From the NCBI GenBank assembly GCA_036560425.1, contig DATBRF010000110.1:10081-74080 (forward strand): DNA of 64,000 bases, read 5' to 3'. A program made the position numbers and the translations under genes. Positions 17,908-28,382 of this stretch are shown here, piece by piece. The notes below the pieces were generated by a model. It did not search any database. It worked only from the letters and a program-made list of their open reading frames with translations, and was not told where the DNA came from. This DNA comes from Methylocystis sp. (GTDB taxonomy: Bacteria > Pseudomonadota > Alphaproteobacteria > Rhizobiales > Beijerinckiaceae). Position 1 is the stretch's first letter; every line of letters begins with the position of its first letter.

Positions 17908-19140
17908 ATGAGCAATTCCAGCCTCTTCAACACCGCCGTCATGGGAATGGCGGCGCAGTCCGACTGGCTTGCCGGAATTTCCCGCAACATCGCCAACTCG
18001 AACACCACCGGATATAAAAACCAGCGAACCGATTTTCAAACGGTGCTCAATGGGTATCAGGGTGGAGGCAACTCGCCGGGCGGCGGCGTGACCACAGTCA
18101 CCCGCGACGACGTCACATTGCAGGGCACGCTACAGAGCACTGGCGTCTCCACCGATCTCGCGATCGATGGACAAGGCTTTTTCCTCGTTTCCGACAGCTC
18201 CGGCCAGACGTTCCTTACGCGAGCCGGCGCGTTCGTACAAGATGCCCAGGGCAGGCTGGTCAATTCCGCCGGATATTATCTGATGGGCTACGGCGCGAAC
18301 GCAGGCTTGGGAGGAAACTTGTCTGTCATAACCGTCAAACAGAGCGGAATGTTCTCGTCGCCGACGACGTCCGGTTCGTTTGCGGCGAATTTGCCCGCAG
18401 GCGCCAGCGCCGTTCCTGCGGCCAACCTCCCTTCCACGAATTCAGCCGGCGCCCAGTTCTCCGGCAAATCCTCGCTGACGGTCTATGACAACCTCGGCAA
18501 CGCCGTTGTTCTCGATCTCTATTTCGCAAATACAGGCGCAAACACCTGGGAAATGACCGCCTATAATCACGCTGACGCGAGCCCCAGCGGCGGGTTTCCA
18601 TATGCGTCGGGCGCCGTGACCACGCAAACCCTCAACTTCAGCGCAACCAATGGGACGATAGCGAGTCCGAGCGCGGCCACGTTCACCGTGCCCGGCGGCG
18701 GTTCGATGACCCTCGATCTCTCCAAAATGACGCAATTAGGCGCAGGCTACACGCCCACCGGCAGCGTTGTCGATGGCTACGCCGCCACAACGGTCGATGG
18801 CATAAGCATCGGCAAGGACGGGACGCTGAGCTATCAGCTCAGTAATGGGCAAACTGTCGCCGCCTACACGATCCCATTGGGGAATGTCGCGAGCCCCGAC
18901 AATCTGACGGGCGGGACCGGCAATGTCTATTCTGCGAGCGCAAACTCCGGCCAGATTTACATCGGCGCCCCTGGCACCGGCGGCTTTGGATCGATCAAAA
19001 GCGACACACTGGAAAGCTCGACCGTCGATCTGGCGTCCGAACTCTCCTCCATGATCATCGCGCAGCGTTCCTTCACCGCGAATAGCCAGGTCTTCCAAGT
19101 CGCCTCGGATATCATGCAGGTTCTCACGAACCTGAAATAG
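17908..19140 (+). CDS. flgE: flagellar hook protein FlgE
   Basis: 410 aa with an N-terminal rod/hook motif (ISRNIANSNTTGYK) and a C-terminal LESSTVDLASELSSMIIAQRSFTANSQV. Confidence 0.9.
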   Translation: MSNSSLFNTAVMGMAAQSDWLAGISRNIANSNTTGYKNQRTDFQTVLNGYQGGGNSPGGGVTTVTRDDVTLQGTLQSTGVSTDLAIDGQGFFLVSDSSGQTFLTRAGAFVQDAQGRLVNSAGYYLMGYGANAGLGGNLSVITVKQSGMFSSPTTSGSFAANLPAGASAVPAANLPSTNSAGAQFSGKSSLTVYDNLGNAVVLDLYFANTGANTWEMTAYNHADASPSGGFPYASGAVTTQTLNFSATNGTIASPSAATFTVPGGGSMTLDLSKMTQLGAGYTPTGSVVDGYAATTVDGISIGKDGTLSYQLSNGQTVAAYTIPLGNVASPDNLTGGTGNVYSASANSGQIYIGAPGTGGFGSIKSDTLESSTVDLASELSSMIIAQRSFTANSQVFQVASDIMQVLTNLK

Positions 19141-19192
19141 CTCTCTATTCGAACACAGAACCAGAAATCCGGCAAAACCTCGGTGAAGCTGA

Positions 19193-19540
19193 ATGTATCA
19201 AAGACTCTATGACGAAGTCGTCAATGACTCTTATTCCGTCGCACGTCAGCGGGAAAAAGAGCTGCTCGAAAAGGGCGTCAAGCTTCTATCCATGGCGCGC
19301 ATTCGCGGCGCCAAGACAGTGGAGTCCTTCGAGGCGACGCACTTCATGCGCTCGCTATGGTCGACCCTTGTATTGGATCTCGGCAACGATGAGAATCGCC
19401 TTCCCGTGGCGCTTCGCGCCTCGTTGATATCGATCGGCATTTGGATTTTACGGGAACTCGACAAAATCGACTCGGGCGAATCAGCCAATTTCGATGGCCT
19501 GATCGAGATCAACCGTACGATTGCCGACGGGTTGCAATGA
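19193..19540 (+). CDS. flaF: flagellin synthesis regulator FlaF
   Basis: 115 aa of FlaF type (MYQRLYDEV..ARQREKELL..). Immediately upstream of flbT. Confidence 0.8.
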   Translation: MYQRLYDEVVNDSYSVARQREKELLEKGVKLLSMARIRGAKTVESFEATHFMRSLWSTLVLDLGNDENRLPVALRASLISIGIWILRELDKIDSGESANFDGLIEINRTIADGLQ

Positions 19541-19547
19541 GGGTCGC

Positions 19548-19952
19548 ATGAACATCTCTCTCAAACGTGGCGAACGAATTTACATCAATGGCGCGGTGCT
19601 GCGGGTCGACCGAAAAGTCTGCATAGAGTTGCTCAACGACGTGACCTTTCTTCTGGAAAACCACGTGATGCAGGCCGCCGATGCGACAACGCCGCTGAAG
19701 CAGCTTTATTTCTCCGTGCAGCTGATGCTCATTTCCCCAAATGACGTAGATGCGGCGCTCTATCTCGCGCGAGACCTGATGTCGACCTGCGCGATAAGCT
19801 TGAAGAGCGACCCTCGCATCGTCGAGGGATTGTCTTCCGTCGCAAGATTTATCGACAACAAGCGTTACTTCGACGCGCTGAAAGTCCTGCGCACCCTCTT
19901 TCCGCTTGAGACCGAAACCGCTGCGATCTCGGAGACGGGCTGCGCCGCCTAG
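19548..19952 (+). CDS. flbT: flagellin translation regulator FlbT
   Basis: MNISLKRGERIYINGAVLRVDRKV..LLENHVM is the FlbT signature. GAGGG lies 5 nt upstream of the ATG at 19548. Confidence 0.85.
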   Translation: MNISLKRGERIYINGAVLRVDRKVCIELLNDVTFLLENHVMQAADATTPLKQLYFSVQLMLISPNDVDAALYLARDLMSTCAISLKSDPRIVEGLSSVARFIDNKRYFDALKVLRTLFPLETETAAISETGCAA

Positions 19953-19970
19953 CACGAAGGAAAAGCAAGA

Positions 19971-20363
19971 ATGCAAGTCAATCCCGTGGGCTCTTCGCAG
20001 AGCCAGACAAACACGCAGCAAACCACGAGCGCGTTCGGTGACTACAGCACATTTCTTCAGCTGCTCGTCACCGAGCTGCAAAACCAGGATCCAACCAAGC
20101 CTATGGATCCGACCCAAACCGTGACCCAGCTCGCGACGTTCGCTTCCGTCGAACAATCTGTTCAAGGCAACCAGCTTTTGACCTCGTTGCTCGATACATC
20201 GCGCCTCGATCAGGCGACGAACGCAATCGGGAAAACTGTGACGAGCGCAGATGGGACGGTGTCAGGCATCGTCAAATCCGTTTCCCTGACAAGCTCCGGT
20301 CTCGTCGCATCACTTGACACGGGCAGCCAAATTGCAATCGATTCCAGCGTGACCATCAGCTGA
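19971..20363 (+). CDS. flgD: hook capping/scaffold protein FlgD (short form)
   Basis: 130 aa with FLQLLVTELQNQDPTKPMDPTQTVTQLATFASVEQ, the FlgD N-terminal motif. Confidence 0.8.
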   Translation: MQVNPVGSSQSQTNTQQTTSAFGDYSTFLQLLVTELQNQDPTKPMDPTQTVTQLATFASVEQSVQGNQLLTSLLDTSRLDQATNAIGKTVTSADGTVSGIVKSVSLTSSGLVASLDTGSQIAIDSSVTIS

Positions 20364-20365
20364 CC

Positions 20366-20632
20366 ATGAACGAAGCCGACGCCCTTGAACTGCTTCAACG
20401 GTCGATCGTCACCGTACTCATCGTCACGGGACCCTTGGTCGGCGCGGCGTTGTTGGTAGGCGTTGTCGCCTCCTTGATACAGGCGCTTACGCAGGTCCAG
20501 GAAATGACCTTGACCTTCGTGCCGAAAATGCTGGCAATGTTGGCCGTCCTCAGCCTCGCCTCGCCGTTTATCGGCGGAAAAGTCAAATCTTTCACTGAAA
20601 CGCTGTACGCGCGCATAGAGACTGGCTATTGA
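20366..20632 (+). CDS. fliQ: flagellar export apparatus protein FliQ
   Basis: 88 aa with two TM segments and FliQ-type IQALTQVQEMTLTFVPK. Confidence 0.93.
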   Translation: MNEADALELLQRSIVTVLIVTGPLVGAALLVGVVASLIQALTQVQEMTLTFVPKMLAMLAVLSLASPFIGGKVKSFTETLYARIETGY

Positions 20633-20683
20633 AAGCCAATAGCGTCTTGTAAATCCGCTCATGACGAGACAGGATAAAGGGCC

Positions 20684-22765
20684 ATGACGAAAATGGCGGA
20701 AGCAGTCGCGCCGTCGCGAAGGCCGACCGATATCGGTTTTGCAATATCGATTATTTTCATCCTGTCGGTCTTTTTCTTGCCCATGCCGCCGGTCGCAATC
20801 GATCTCGGCCTGGCGTTTTCCATCGGCCTTTCTGTGCTGATTCTGATGGTCAGCCTCTGGATTCAAAAGCCGTTGGAATTTTCTTCGTTTCCAACGATCC
20901 TGCTGGTTGCGACTATTCTGCGCTTGAGCCTGAATATCGCTACGACGCGGCTGATTCTTTCTCATGGCGCTGAAGGGACAAGCGCCGCAGGCTATATTAT
21001 CGGCGGTTTTTCACGTCTCGTGATGAGCGGCGACTTCGTCATCGGTCTTACCGTCTTTGCGATCATCGTCATCGTGAATTTCCTGGTGATCACCAAAGGC
21101 GCCACCCGCATCGCCGAGGTTGGGGCGCGATTCACGCTCGACGCGATCCCCGGGAAGCAGATGGCGATCGACGCAGATCTCTCGGCGGGGCTTATCGATG
21201 ATCGGCAAGCGCAAGAACGCCGCAGGGAACTGGAGGAGGAAAGCGCCTTCTTTGGCTCGATGGACGGCGCCTCGAAATTCGTCCGCGGCGATGCGATAGC
21301 AGGTTTGATCATTCTCGCAGTGAACATCTTCGGCGGGATTGTCATCGGCGTCACGCGCCACGGAATGTCTTTGGCGAGCGCCGCCGATGTCTATACCAAA
21401 CTTTCTGTCGGCGACGGCCTCGTCTCTCAAATCCCGGCGTTGATCGTCTCCCTGGCGGCTGGCCTTCTCGTTTCGAAGGGCGGCACGCGCGGTTCGGCAG
21501 AGCAGAATATCGTTCGCCAGCTTGGCGGCTATCCCAACGCCATCTACGTCGCCTCCGTCCTTATGTTTGTGCTCGCCGCGATGCCGGGATTGCCGATGAC
21601 GCCATTTGGCGCCCTGGGTTTGACCATGGCCTTCGTTGCGCAAAAGGTAAGCAGCGAGACAAAGAAGAAGGAGGCGGACAATCAGCTTCGTCGCGCGGAG
21701 GAGGAGAAGCGCGCGCTTCAGGACAACAAGGCGTCGATCAAGGAGACGCTACGGCCTTCGGACGTCGAGCTTCTCCTCGGCAAGCAGCTTTGGACGCGTT
21801 TTCTGGTCTCCCAGGAGGAGCTAACCAATCGTGTCGGCAAGATGCGCCGGAATTTCGCGAAGCTCTATGGCTTTATCGTTCCCGAGATAAGATTGGCCGA
21901 CGATCTACAGGTAAAGCCGAAAGGCTATCAGATCAGGATTCACGGCACGATTGTGGTGTCGGAAGAGCTTCGTCTCGGCCAGCAGATGATTGTCGTGGGA
22001 AACGGGCGCATGCCTGATCTTCCGGGCGAGGAGGCGAGAGATCCCGCGTTCGGGATCAAAGCATTGTGGATAGCGGATGCGCTCGTCGAGGAAGCACGTA
22101 GACAGCGCTTCAATCCGATTGATCCAATGTCCGTGCTTTTGACGCATCTCGGCGAAGTGCTGCGAAACAACCTCTCGCAACTTCTTTCCTACAAGGACGT
22201 GCGGCAGCTCCTGGAAAAGCTCGACCCTGAGTACCGCAAGCTTCTGGACGAGATCGTCCCAAACTTCGTATCGAACTCGTCGCTGCAAAGCGTTTTGAAG
22301 CTTTTGCTAGCCGAGCGAGTGTCCATTCGAAATCTCGAGATGATCCTCGAGGCGATCGCGGAGGTCGCGCCCTTCGCCCGTCGCCCGGAAGCCATCGTCG
22401 AGCATGTTCGCGTCAGGATCGCTCCGCAAATTTGCGGAGAGCTGGCCGTCGACGGAGTTCTGAGCGTCCTTCGCCTCGGCAACCGCTGGGACTTGTTCTT
22501 CCATGAGCACCTCAAGCGCGACGCGAAGGGCGACATCGTTGGGCTCGACGCGGATCCGGCGCAGATCGAGCGCTTTAGTCAGGAAACCGTCGCGGCGATT
22601 CAGAAATTTTCCGATCAAGGGGAGATTTTTGCAATCGTCACTACCCCGGACGCCCGCCCATTCGTTCGGCTGATTGTCGGTCGTCTTTATCCAGCCCAGC
22701 CAGTGCTGTCGCATTTGGAAATCGCCTGCGGCGTTCAGCTGCGCTCACTCGGAACCATCTCATGA
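20684..22765 (+). CDS. flhA: flagellar export gate protein FlhA
   Basis: 693 aa with conserved [44 protein letters not shown] and FVRGDAIAG. Confidence 0.97.
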   Translation: MTKMAEAVAPSRRPTDIGFAISIIFILSVFFLPMPPVAIDLGLAFSIGLSVLILMVSLWIQKPLEFSSFPTILLVATILRLSLNIATTRLILSHGAEGTSAAGYIIGGFSRLVMSGDFVIGLTVFAIIVIVNFLVITKGATRIAEVGARFTLDAIPGKQMAIDADLSAGLIDDRQAQERRRELEEESAFFGSMDGASKFVRGDAIAGLIILAVNIFGGIVIGVTRHGMSLASAADVYTKLSVGDGLVSQIPALIVSLAAGLLVSKGGTRGSAEQNIVRQLGGYPNAIYVASVLMFVLAAMPGLPMTPFGALGLTMAFVAQKVSSETKKKEADNQLRRAEEEKRALQDNKASIKETLRPSDVELLLGKQLWTRFLVSQEELTNRVGKMRRNFAKLYGFIVPEIRLADDLQVKPKGYQIRIHGTIVVSEELRLGQQMIVVGNGRMPDLPGEEARDPAFGIKALWIADALVEEARRQRFNPIDPMSVLLTHLGEVLRNNLSQLLSYKDVRQLLEKLDPEYRKLLDEIVPNFVSNSSLQSVLKLLLAERVSIRNLEMILEAIAEVAPFARRPEAIVEHVRVRIAPQICGELAVDGVLSVLRLGNRWDLFFHEHLKRDAKGDIVGLDADPAQIERFSQETVAAIQKFSDQGEIFAIVTTPDARPFVRLIVGRLYPAQPVLSHLEIACGVQLRSLGTIS

Positions 22766-23517
22766 GCGCGCCGCTGGACCAGCTTCTCGAAGCATGGTTC
22801 GTGATTTTCTGTCGGGTGGCTGGGTGCATCATGTTGCTCCCGGGAGTGGGCAGCGAGCGCGTGCCCATGCGCGTCCGGCTCTATATCGCAGTCGCCATTT
22901 CGGCGCCGATCGCAATGTACCTTTGGCCGAAGTTGATCCAACCGGTTTCCTCCGCGCCTCTTCTCGCGGCGGTCATCGCGAGCGTCTCCGAAACAATCAT
23001 CGGCGTGTTGATCGGCTTTACGTGTCGGATGTTTCTTTTCGCCGCCGAAACCATGTTCACGGCGGTAACGCTTTCCATCGGACTGGGAAATTCGCTCGGC
23101 GCGCCAATCAGCGACTCCGAGCCCACGCCTGCTTTGACCACCCTGATTACCGTTGGGGTCACTGTCCTCATCTTCGCCCTGGATCTGCATCTAGAGCTGA
23201 TTAGAGGCATCGCGACCTCTTACGACCACATCCCGCCCTTTGGCGTTCATCCGTCCGAGGCCATGTTACGAGAGTTGCTGAAGTCCCTGGGGGACGCCTA
23301 TACCGTCGTCTTGCGCATCGCCAGCCCGTTCCTGATCTTTGGCCTTATCAGCAACGTCGCCGTCGCTTTCCTCAATAGGCTGACCCCGCAGGTCCCTGTC
23401 TACTTCGCGGCTACGCCGGCGTTGATCTTTGCAGGTCTCACTTTCCTTTATTCCTTCAGCTCCGAGACGCTCGGAGAGCTCATCATGGAATATGAAGCCT
23501 GGCTGATGAAAGGATAA
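22762..23517 (+). CDS. fliR: flagellar export apparatus protein FliR
   Basis: 251 aa, polytopic. Overlaps the flhA stop by 4 nt. FliR position and length. Confidence 0.93.
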   Translation: MSAPLDQLLEAWFVIFCRVAGCIMLLPGVGSERVPMRVRLYIAVAISAPIAMYLWPKLIQPVSSAPLLAAVIASVSETIIGVLIGFTCRMFLFAAETMFTAVTLSIGLGNSLGAPISDSEPTPALTTLITVGVTVLIFALDLHLELIRGIATSYDHIPPFGVHPSEAMLRELLKSLGDAYTVVLRIASPFLIFGLISNVAVAFLNRLTPQVPVYFAATPALIFAGLTFLYSFSSETLGELIMEYEAWLMKG

Positions 23518-23522
23518 AGAGC

Positions 23523-23921
23523 TTGCGGGAGAAGCAGCGTCGAATTTCGAAATTGCTGTCGATGCAGGAGCGCCGCCTCCTAGCCGAGACCGCGAAGCGC
23601 GTAAATATCGAGAAACGTCTCGACGAGGCGACGAACGAGATGCATGGTCTTCAGCGATTTCTGGATCGCGACGATCCAACAGCTATGGCGTTTTCGACGC
23701 TTGTTCTCGAGCGACTTCGACAGGCCTCCCTGCGCCGTCGCGGGCTCGAATCGGATCTCGCCCTACAGCTCGAAGCGACCCTCGCGTTGAAGCGGCAGAT
23801 CAAACGCATCGACAGAGTAGCCGAACGGATTGGCGCCAAAATACAAGATGAGGCTGCCGGAAAGGAAAAAGCGTCGATCCTCGAACGCTTCTCCGTGTCT
23901 CGAAACGTCAGCGTCGAGTAA
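23523..23921 (+). CDS. coiled-coil hypothetical protein (possible FliJ-like)
   Basis: 132 aa with a TTG start 6 nt after the fliR stop. Strongly helical and charged (RRLLAETAKRVNIEKRLDEATNEMHGLQ). No family recognised. Confidence 0.4.
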   Translation: MREKQRRISKLLSMQERRLLAETAKRVNIEKRLDEATNEMHGLQRFLDRDDPTAMAFSTLVLERLRQASLRRRGLESDLALQLEATLALKRQIKRIDRVAERIGAKIQDEAAGKEKASILERFSVSRNVSVE

Positions 23922-23966
23922 GTTCCGCAAGCTACCTTTCTTCGTTGAAACCTCCGGAGAAACGGC

Positions 23967-24467
23967 ATGTCTACCTTTCCAGCGACGGATCTTATCGTCG
24001 ACGTCGCAAAAGCAGCCGATCCCAAGCGCCAGCAGGTAGCGCTTCGCCGTCTGGAGGCAGCCGCCAGCGCGCCGGAGGTCAGCTTTGCGTCACTCACACA
24101 AGAGAGCGGCCCCAAAGCGCATGCGCCGGGATCTTCGACCTGGCGAACAGCTGGCGTCGGGCTCCGCGCCGCTTATCCCCCTCCTTCAAGTGGCGCAACC
24201 TTGGTGTCGGCCCCTTCGAACCCTGCCGCCGAGGCTGCGAAAAAATTCGAGGCGTTGGTCTTACAGACATTCTTCGAGGCGCTTCTTCCGAAGGATGAGG
24301 AAAGTTTCGGCTCGGGCGCCTCTGGAAATGTGTGGCGTTCGATGATGGCTGAACAACTCTCCGATAAGTTCGCCGCCACCGGCGTGATCGGCTTGAAAAA
24401 GATGCTTGAGAACAAGATTACGCCAGCCTCGACGCAAGCGTCGATGGCGCCAACCAAGGCATCCTAG
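23967..24467 (+). CDS. flgJ: rod-binding protein (single-domain FlgJ-like, no muramidase domain)
   Basis: 166 aa. AAKKFEALVLQTFFEALLPKD..WRSMMAEQLSDKFAATGVIGL matches the Rod_binding motif. GGAGA RBS. Confidence 0.7.
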   Translation: MSTFPATDLIVDVAKAADPKRQQVALRRLEAAASAPEVSFASLTQESGPKAHAPGSSTWRTAGVGLRAAYPPPSSGATLVSAPSNPAAEAAKKFEALVLQTFFEALLPKDEESFGSGASGNVWRSMMAEQLSDKFAATGVIGLKKMLENKITPASTQASMAPTKAS

Positions 24468-24499
24468 CGCCTTTCTCATAGCAAGGTAGAGCGCGACCT

Positions 24500-24925
24500 G
24501 TGACCGAGACTTTGAATCAGCCGGCTTCCCGTCATGGCCAGGGGCCGGGCGCCAATTCTCCAACCGCGGAAGCGGAGGCGGCCTTGATGCGCTGGATCGA
24601 CCGGATGGACGCTCTTGTCGCTGCCGAGACAAAGGTATTGCTGGCGGGGGAAAAAGTCGACTTCGACGCCTTCAATTCGAAAAAGAACCACGCGCTCTTG
24701 GAGTTCATGATCCTATCGAGAGGCGTTGGCGAGGTCTCGCCCGTGTTGCTCGCAGCGCTTCGACGTCTGAACGAGCGATTGACGAAGAACGGCGAAGTGC
24801 TGAAGCAAAATTTGCAGGCGGCCTCAGAGATTTCGAAGTTGATCATCAGCGTCATCCGCGCCGAGGAATCGGATGGAACCTATTCACGCCGGACTTCGCT
24901 GCGGCCCAATGAGAGGCTCGGATGA
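24500..24925 (+). CDS. hypothetical protein (possible FlgN-like export chaperone)
   Basis: Starts at a GTG at 24500, or at an ATG at 24587 that has GGAGG upstream. Helical, resembles FlgN-type patterns only loosely. Confidence 0.35.
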   Translation: MTETLNQPASRHGQGPGANSPTAEAEAALMRWIDRMDALVAAETKVLLAGEKVDFDAFNSKKNHALLEFMILSRGVGEVSPVLLAALRRLNERLTKNGEVLKQNLQAASEISKLIISVIRAEESDGTYSRRTSLRPNERLG

Positions 24926-25374
24926 TCAGGACTCTGCTGATCGGCCTATGGTGCGGCCTCGTTGCGCTCTTGGCGACCTATGGCGGCGCCTATTGGCAGG
25001 AACATCGCGCCAGCGCGCCGGCCACTGAAGCCCCTGTCAAGACCGAAGTCAAAAAGGTCAAGCCCATCTCGGTTCCAGTGATCTCTGGCGGCTTGCTCAA
25101 AGGATATGTTTCGGTCGAATTCATGTTTGTGATGGAGGCGGGCGAGGGTCATGGCGGCGCCGCCGTCGACCCGGAAGGATTTCTCATCGACGAGGCGTTT
25201 CGACTCATCTACTCGGACACGAAGGTCGACTTCGCAAAGCTCGAGAGAGTGGATATCGACGCGCTGACAAAGCAGATTACAGCGAATGTGAATGCGCGTC
25301 TCGGGGCGCCGCGGATCAAGGAAACCTTGGTAAAGAATCTCACTTTCGTTCCTAAGGAAGATATTCCGCACTGA
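24922..25374 (+). CDS. FliL-like basal-body-associated protein (second FliL paralog)
   Basis: 150 aa with an N-terminal TM (LLIGLWCGLVALLATYGG), then PISVPVISGG..YVSVEFMFVME..LTKQITANVNARLG, a FliL-family layout. ATGA overlap with the upstream ORF. Confidence 0.55.
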   Translation: MIRTLLIGLWCGLVALLATYGGAYWQEHRASAPATEAPVKTEVKKVKPISVPVISGGLLKGYVSVEFMFVMEAGEGHGGAAVDPEGFLIDEAFRLIYSDTKVDFAKLERVDIDALTKQITANVNARLGAPRIKETLVKNLTFVPKEDIPH

Positions 25375-25464
25375 ATCGAGGGCCCTCCGCCAGAGAATCA
25401 ACAGGCCAGCTTCAGGCTAGCTTCGCGGATTAAGAATTTGGTTACCGACCCAGGGAGCGACCCG

Positions 25465-25734
25465 ATGCAAACGATGGCGCAATTGAAGGCGATGCATCAC
25501 CAGATGATGACCGATTTGTCGAACCTTCCCCAGTATCGCGCATTGAAGGCGATTGATCGCTTCATCACCGAAATGGGGCAAATCTACAGCGACGAGCCGG
25601 CGCGTCCGGAAAAGGCAGCCGATACGCTCCAGCATAGGCTCAACGCCGCTATCGAGAACCGCGTCGCGAACGAGTTGAGCTCGAACTCCCAGGCGCGCGT
25701 CAGTTCTGATATCCCCGACAATCGGGTTGCTTGA
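25465..25734 (+). CDS. small hypothetical protein, paralog family B copy 1
   Basis: 89 aa from MQTMAQLKAMHHQMMTDLSNLPQYRALKAIDRFITEMGQIY, with GGGAG 7 nt upstream. Related to ORF 50032-50277. Confidence 0.5.
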   Translation: MQTMAQLKAMHHQMMTDLSNLPQYRALKAIDRFITEMGQIYSDEPARPEKAADTLQHRLNAAIENRVANELSSNSQARVSSDIPDNRVA

Positions 25735-25760
25735 TCGCCAGACAGTTTCAGCCCGCTCGA

Positions 25761-25796
25761 CGCCCGCCAATCGAAACCGATTGGCGGGCGTTTGCG
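25761..25796 (+). terminator. rho-independent terminator
   Basis: Perfect 13-bp stem CGCCCGCCAATCG/CGATTGGCGGGCG with a 4-nt loop, followed by TTTGCGCTT. Lies 27 nt after the stop at 25734. Confidence 0.7.
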
Positions 25797-25874
25797 CTTA
25801 GAGCGCATTCCGCAAAAGCTCACAGACTTTTGATAAGAAAGCGCTCCAGATTTCTGTTTGCGTGATTTCTGACT

Positions 25875-25894
25875 GCTCGCATGTTTCGATGGGA
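25875..25894 (-). repeat. degenerate copy of the palindromic intergenic element (see 47584 and 54208)
   Basis: GCTCGCATGTTTCGATGGGA matches the reverse complement of the 47584 element at about 19 of 21 positions. The palindrome is broken. Confidence 0.35.
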
Positions 25895-25986
25895 ACAAAA
25901 TAGCCGCTCGACGGCGAGCCCCAGCCAGCTGTCAGTCCGAGGCAAGCAACAATCGGTATTTTCCTTGCAGAAAGGAAGAGCGCCAA

Positions 25987-26370
25987 ATGGAGCCTGTCCA
26001 TCTTTTCAATCTTTTGAGCCTCCAAAGGGGGTGGCTCTCCGCTCGACAGTCGGTCGTTTCGCAAAACATCGCCCACGCGAACACGCCCGGTTACAAGACA
26101 CAAGAGATCTCGGACTTTGCGAAAGCGCTCGACAGAAGCGCCAGTCTGCAGATGGAGACGACGAACCCGTCTCATCAAACGTCGACGCCAAGAACCGGCG
26201 AAGTCGCGTCCGCGAGAGACGGAGACGCCTGGGAGGTAACGCACTCGGGCAACAACGTGTCGCTGGAGGCCGAACTGATTAAAGCGGGAGACATTCGCAG
26301 CGACTTCTCGATGGACACGAACATCCTGAAGACCTTCCACGGCATGTGGCTCTCGAGCCTTAAAGGATAA
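25987..26370 (+). CDS. flgB: flagellar proximal rod protein FlgB
   Basis: 127 aa with VVSQNIAHANTPGYK, the rod N-terminal motif. Confidence 0.92.
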   Translation: MEPVHLFNLLSLQRGWLSARQSVVSQNIAHANTPGYKTQEISDFAKALDRSASLQMETTNPSHQTSTPRTGEVASARDGDAWEVTHSGNNVSLEAELIKAGDIRSDFSMDTNILKTFHGMWLSSLKG

Positions 26371-26376
26371 AGATCC

Positions 26377-26796
26377 ATGGATCCGCTTGTCGCTTCTCAA
26401 AAAGTCGCCGGCTCCGGCCTCGCTGCTCAATCCGCCAGGCTTCGCGTCGTGTCAGAAAATCTCGCGAACGCCATGTCCACCGGCCAGACCGCCGGGGCTG
26501 ATCCTTATCGTCGCAAGACGATCTCCTTCGCAAGCGAACTCGACCGCGTGTCTGGCGCAGCGCTGGTTCGCGTTGGTCCGGTCGGAACGGACCGTGCGCC
26601 GTTTAACGTCGAGCACGATCCGGGAAATCCCGCCGCGGATGCAAACGGCAATGTTCTGGTGCCGAACGTCAATACGATTGTCGAACTGGCCGATATGCGC
26701 GAGGCAAACCGCGCCTATGAGGCCAATCTGCAGACAATGAAGCAGACCCAGAGTCTTCTCTCGATGACCATCGATCTCCTGAAAGGCAATCCATGA
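26377..26796 (+). CDS. flgC: flagellar proximal rod protein FlgC
   Basis: 139 aa with [18 protein letters not shown] and a C-terminal [11 protein letters not shown]. Confidence 0.93.
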   Translation: MDPLVASQKVAGSGLAAQSARLRVVSENLANAMSTGQTAGADPYRRKTISFASELDRVSGAALVRVGPVGTDRAPFNVEHDPGNPAADANGNVLVPNVNTIVELADMREANRAYEANLQTMKQTQSLLSMTIDLLKGNP

Positions 26797-27104
26797 GCGA
26801 AATCTCCGCCCTCGGCCTGTCCTTTGCAACCACCGCCACGGAACGCGCTGCTCCGTTCGCACAACAAGCACGGGTCTCGCCCTCGCAAACGTCTTTTGGC
26901 GACGTGTTGCAACAATTGGCTAACGAAACAGTAACTACAATCAAAGATGGCGAATCGGCGTCGATCGCCGGCGTTCACGGCAAGGCCTCGATGGTGCAGG
27001 TGGTTGATGCGGTCATGGCGGCGGAGCGATCGCTCCAAACGATGATCGCGGTTCGGGACAAGGTTGTGGGCGCCTACCAGGAAATCAGTAAAATGACGAT
27101 CTGA
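26793..27104 (+). CDS. fliE: flagellar hook-basal body protein FliE
   Basis: 103 aa with a C-terminal [28 protein letters not shown]. Overlaps the flgC stop. Confidence 0.85.
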   Translation: MSEISALGLSFATTATERAAPFAQQARVSPSQTSFGDVLQQLANETVTTIKDGESASIAGVHGKASMVQVVDAVMAAERSLQTMIAVRDKVVGAYQEISKMTI

Positions 27105-27114
27105 GGAGTTTCGT

Positions 27115-27903
27115 ATGCGAGCCCTTGCTATTGCGGCGACCGGAATGAGCGCGCAACAACAAAACATCGAGGTGATTTCGAACAACATCGCGAACATCAA
27201 TACGACCGCGTTCAAGAGGTCGCGCGCCGAATTCACCGATCTGCTCTATCAAACGGAAAGGCTTCAAGGCGTCTCCAACCGCGGACGCGATGCGATCGTG
27301 CCACAAGGCTCACAGATCGGCCTCGGCGTGCGGCTCGCGGCGATCCGCCCTTTGGAAATACAGGGCTCGCTAACGCAAACCGGCAGCAGCTACGATCTCG
27401 CGATCAACGGACAAGGCTGGTTCGAGATCACCGGCCCGGACAACTCGATTCTTTATACGCGCTCAGGCTCGTTCAGCTCCAACGCCAATGGTCAGCTTGT
27501 CACCGTCGACGGCTATTTGCTCAATCCGACGATCACAGTCCCCAACAACGCCGTCAGCGTCACGGTTTCACAGTCGGGCTTGGTCTCCGCCATCATCGCC
27601 GGCCAGACCACCCCTCAACAATTGGGCCAGCTCACATTGGCCACTTTCCCCAATGACGCCGGCCTGGAGGCGCTGAGCGGCAATCTCTTCCGTCAAACCA
27701 CCGCATCCGGCACCCCGAACACTGGCGTCCCCGGCGACCCCGGTTATGGCGTGATCGCCCAAGGCTACCTCGAAAGCTCCAACGTCGATCCCGTCAAAGA
27801 ACTCGTCAGCATGATCTCCGCGCAGCGCGCTTTCGAGCTCAATTCGAAAGTTATCCAGACAGTCGACGATATGGCCGGCACCATCACCAAGGGAATTCGT
27901 TGA
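27115..27903 (+). CDS. flgG: flagellar distal rod protein FlgG
   Basis: 262 aa with [34 protein letters not shown] and a C-terminal [27 protein letters not shown]. Confidence 0.95.
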   Translation: MRALAIAATGMSAQQQNIEVISNNIANINTTAFKRSRAEFTDLLYQTERLQGVSNRGRDAIVPQGSQIGLGVRLAAIRPLEIQGSLTQTGSSYDLAINGQGWFEITGPDNSILYTRSGSFSSNANGQLVTVDGYLLNPTITVPNNAVSVTVSQSGLVSAIIAGQTTPQQLGQLTLATFPNDAGLEALSGNLFRQTTASGTPNTGVPGDPGYGVIAQGYLESSNVDPVKELVSMISAQRAFELNSKVIQTVDDMAGTITKGIR

Positions 27904-28382
27904 TGCGAGCCTTGTGCAGACGAAGCGGCGTTGCTGCGGTCATGGTCGCTTCTTTCGCTTCTGCGCTCTTCGTCGGAACGGCTTTGGCCGATGGCCGAGT
28001 TGTTCCGACTGCGCGCATCACGATTTATCCGGGCGACAGAATCGACGAGAGCATGCTCGAAGACGTGGAGGTTTCTCTCGACTCTACGTCGCAAAAGGGC
28101 GTGATCGAATCGAGAAACGAACTCGTTGGAAAAGTGGCGCGGCGCACCTTGTTGCCCGGCCAAGCCATTCCGTCAATCGCTGTCGAAAATCCGCGGCTCG
28201 TCAAAATCGGATCTCAAGTCAAGATCATGTTTTCGGAGGATGGCCTCGTCATCACGGCGCTTGGCATGGCGTTGCAAGCCGGAAGCGTCGGCGACCTCGT
28301 CCGCGTTCGTAATCAGGATAGCGGCTTGATGGTCAACGGCGTCGTGCAATCCGACGGGACGATAAGAGTCAGCGAGGGATGA
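27900..28382 (+). CDS. flgA: P-ring assembly chaperone FlgA
   Basis: 160 aa with a signal peptide and SAF-like region [23 protein letters not shown]. Overlaps both neighbours. Confidence 0.8.
   Translation: MMRALCRRSGVAAVMVASFASALFVGTALADGRVVPTARITIYPGDRIDESMLEDVEVSLDSTSQKGVIESRNELVGKVARRTLLPGQAIPSIAVENPRLVKIGSQVKIMFSEDGLVITALGMALQAGSVGDLVRVRNQDSGLMVNGVVQSDGTIRVSEG

Noticed and set aside
25954-25969. Sigma-54-like CGGTAT-N5-TTGCA (GG-N10-GC) upstream of flgB.
   Set aside because: The GC dinucleotide is only about 19 nt from the ATG. The predicted start site would therefore fall after the AAGGAAG ribosome-binding site and leave almost no leader. No enhancer-binding-protein gene is in the window.
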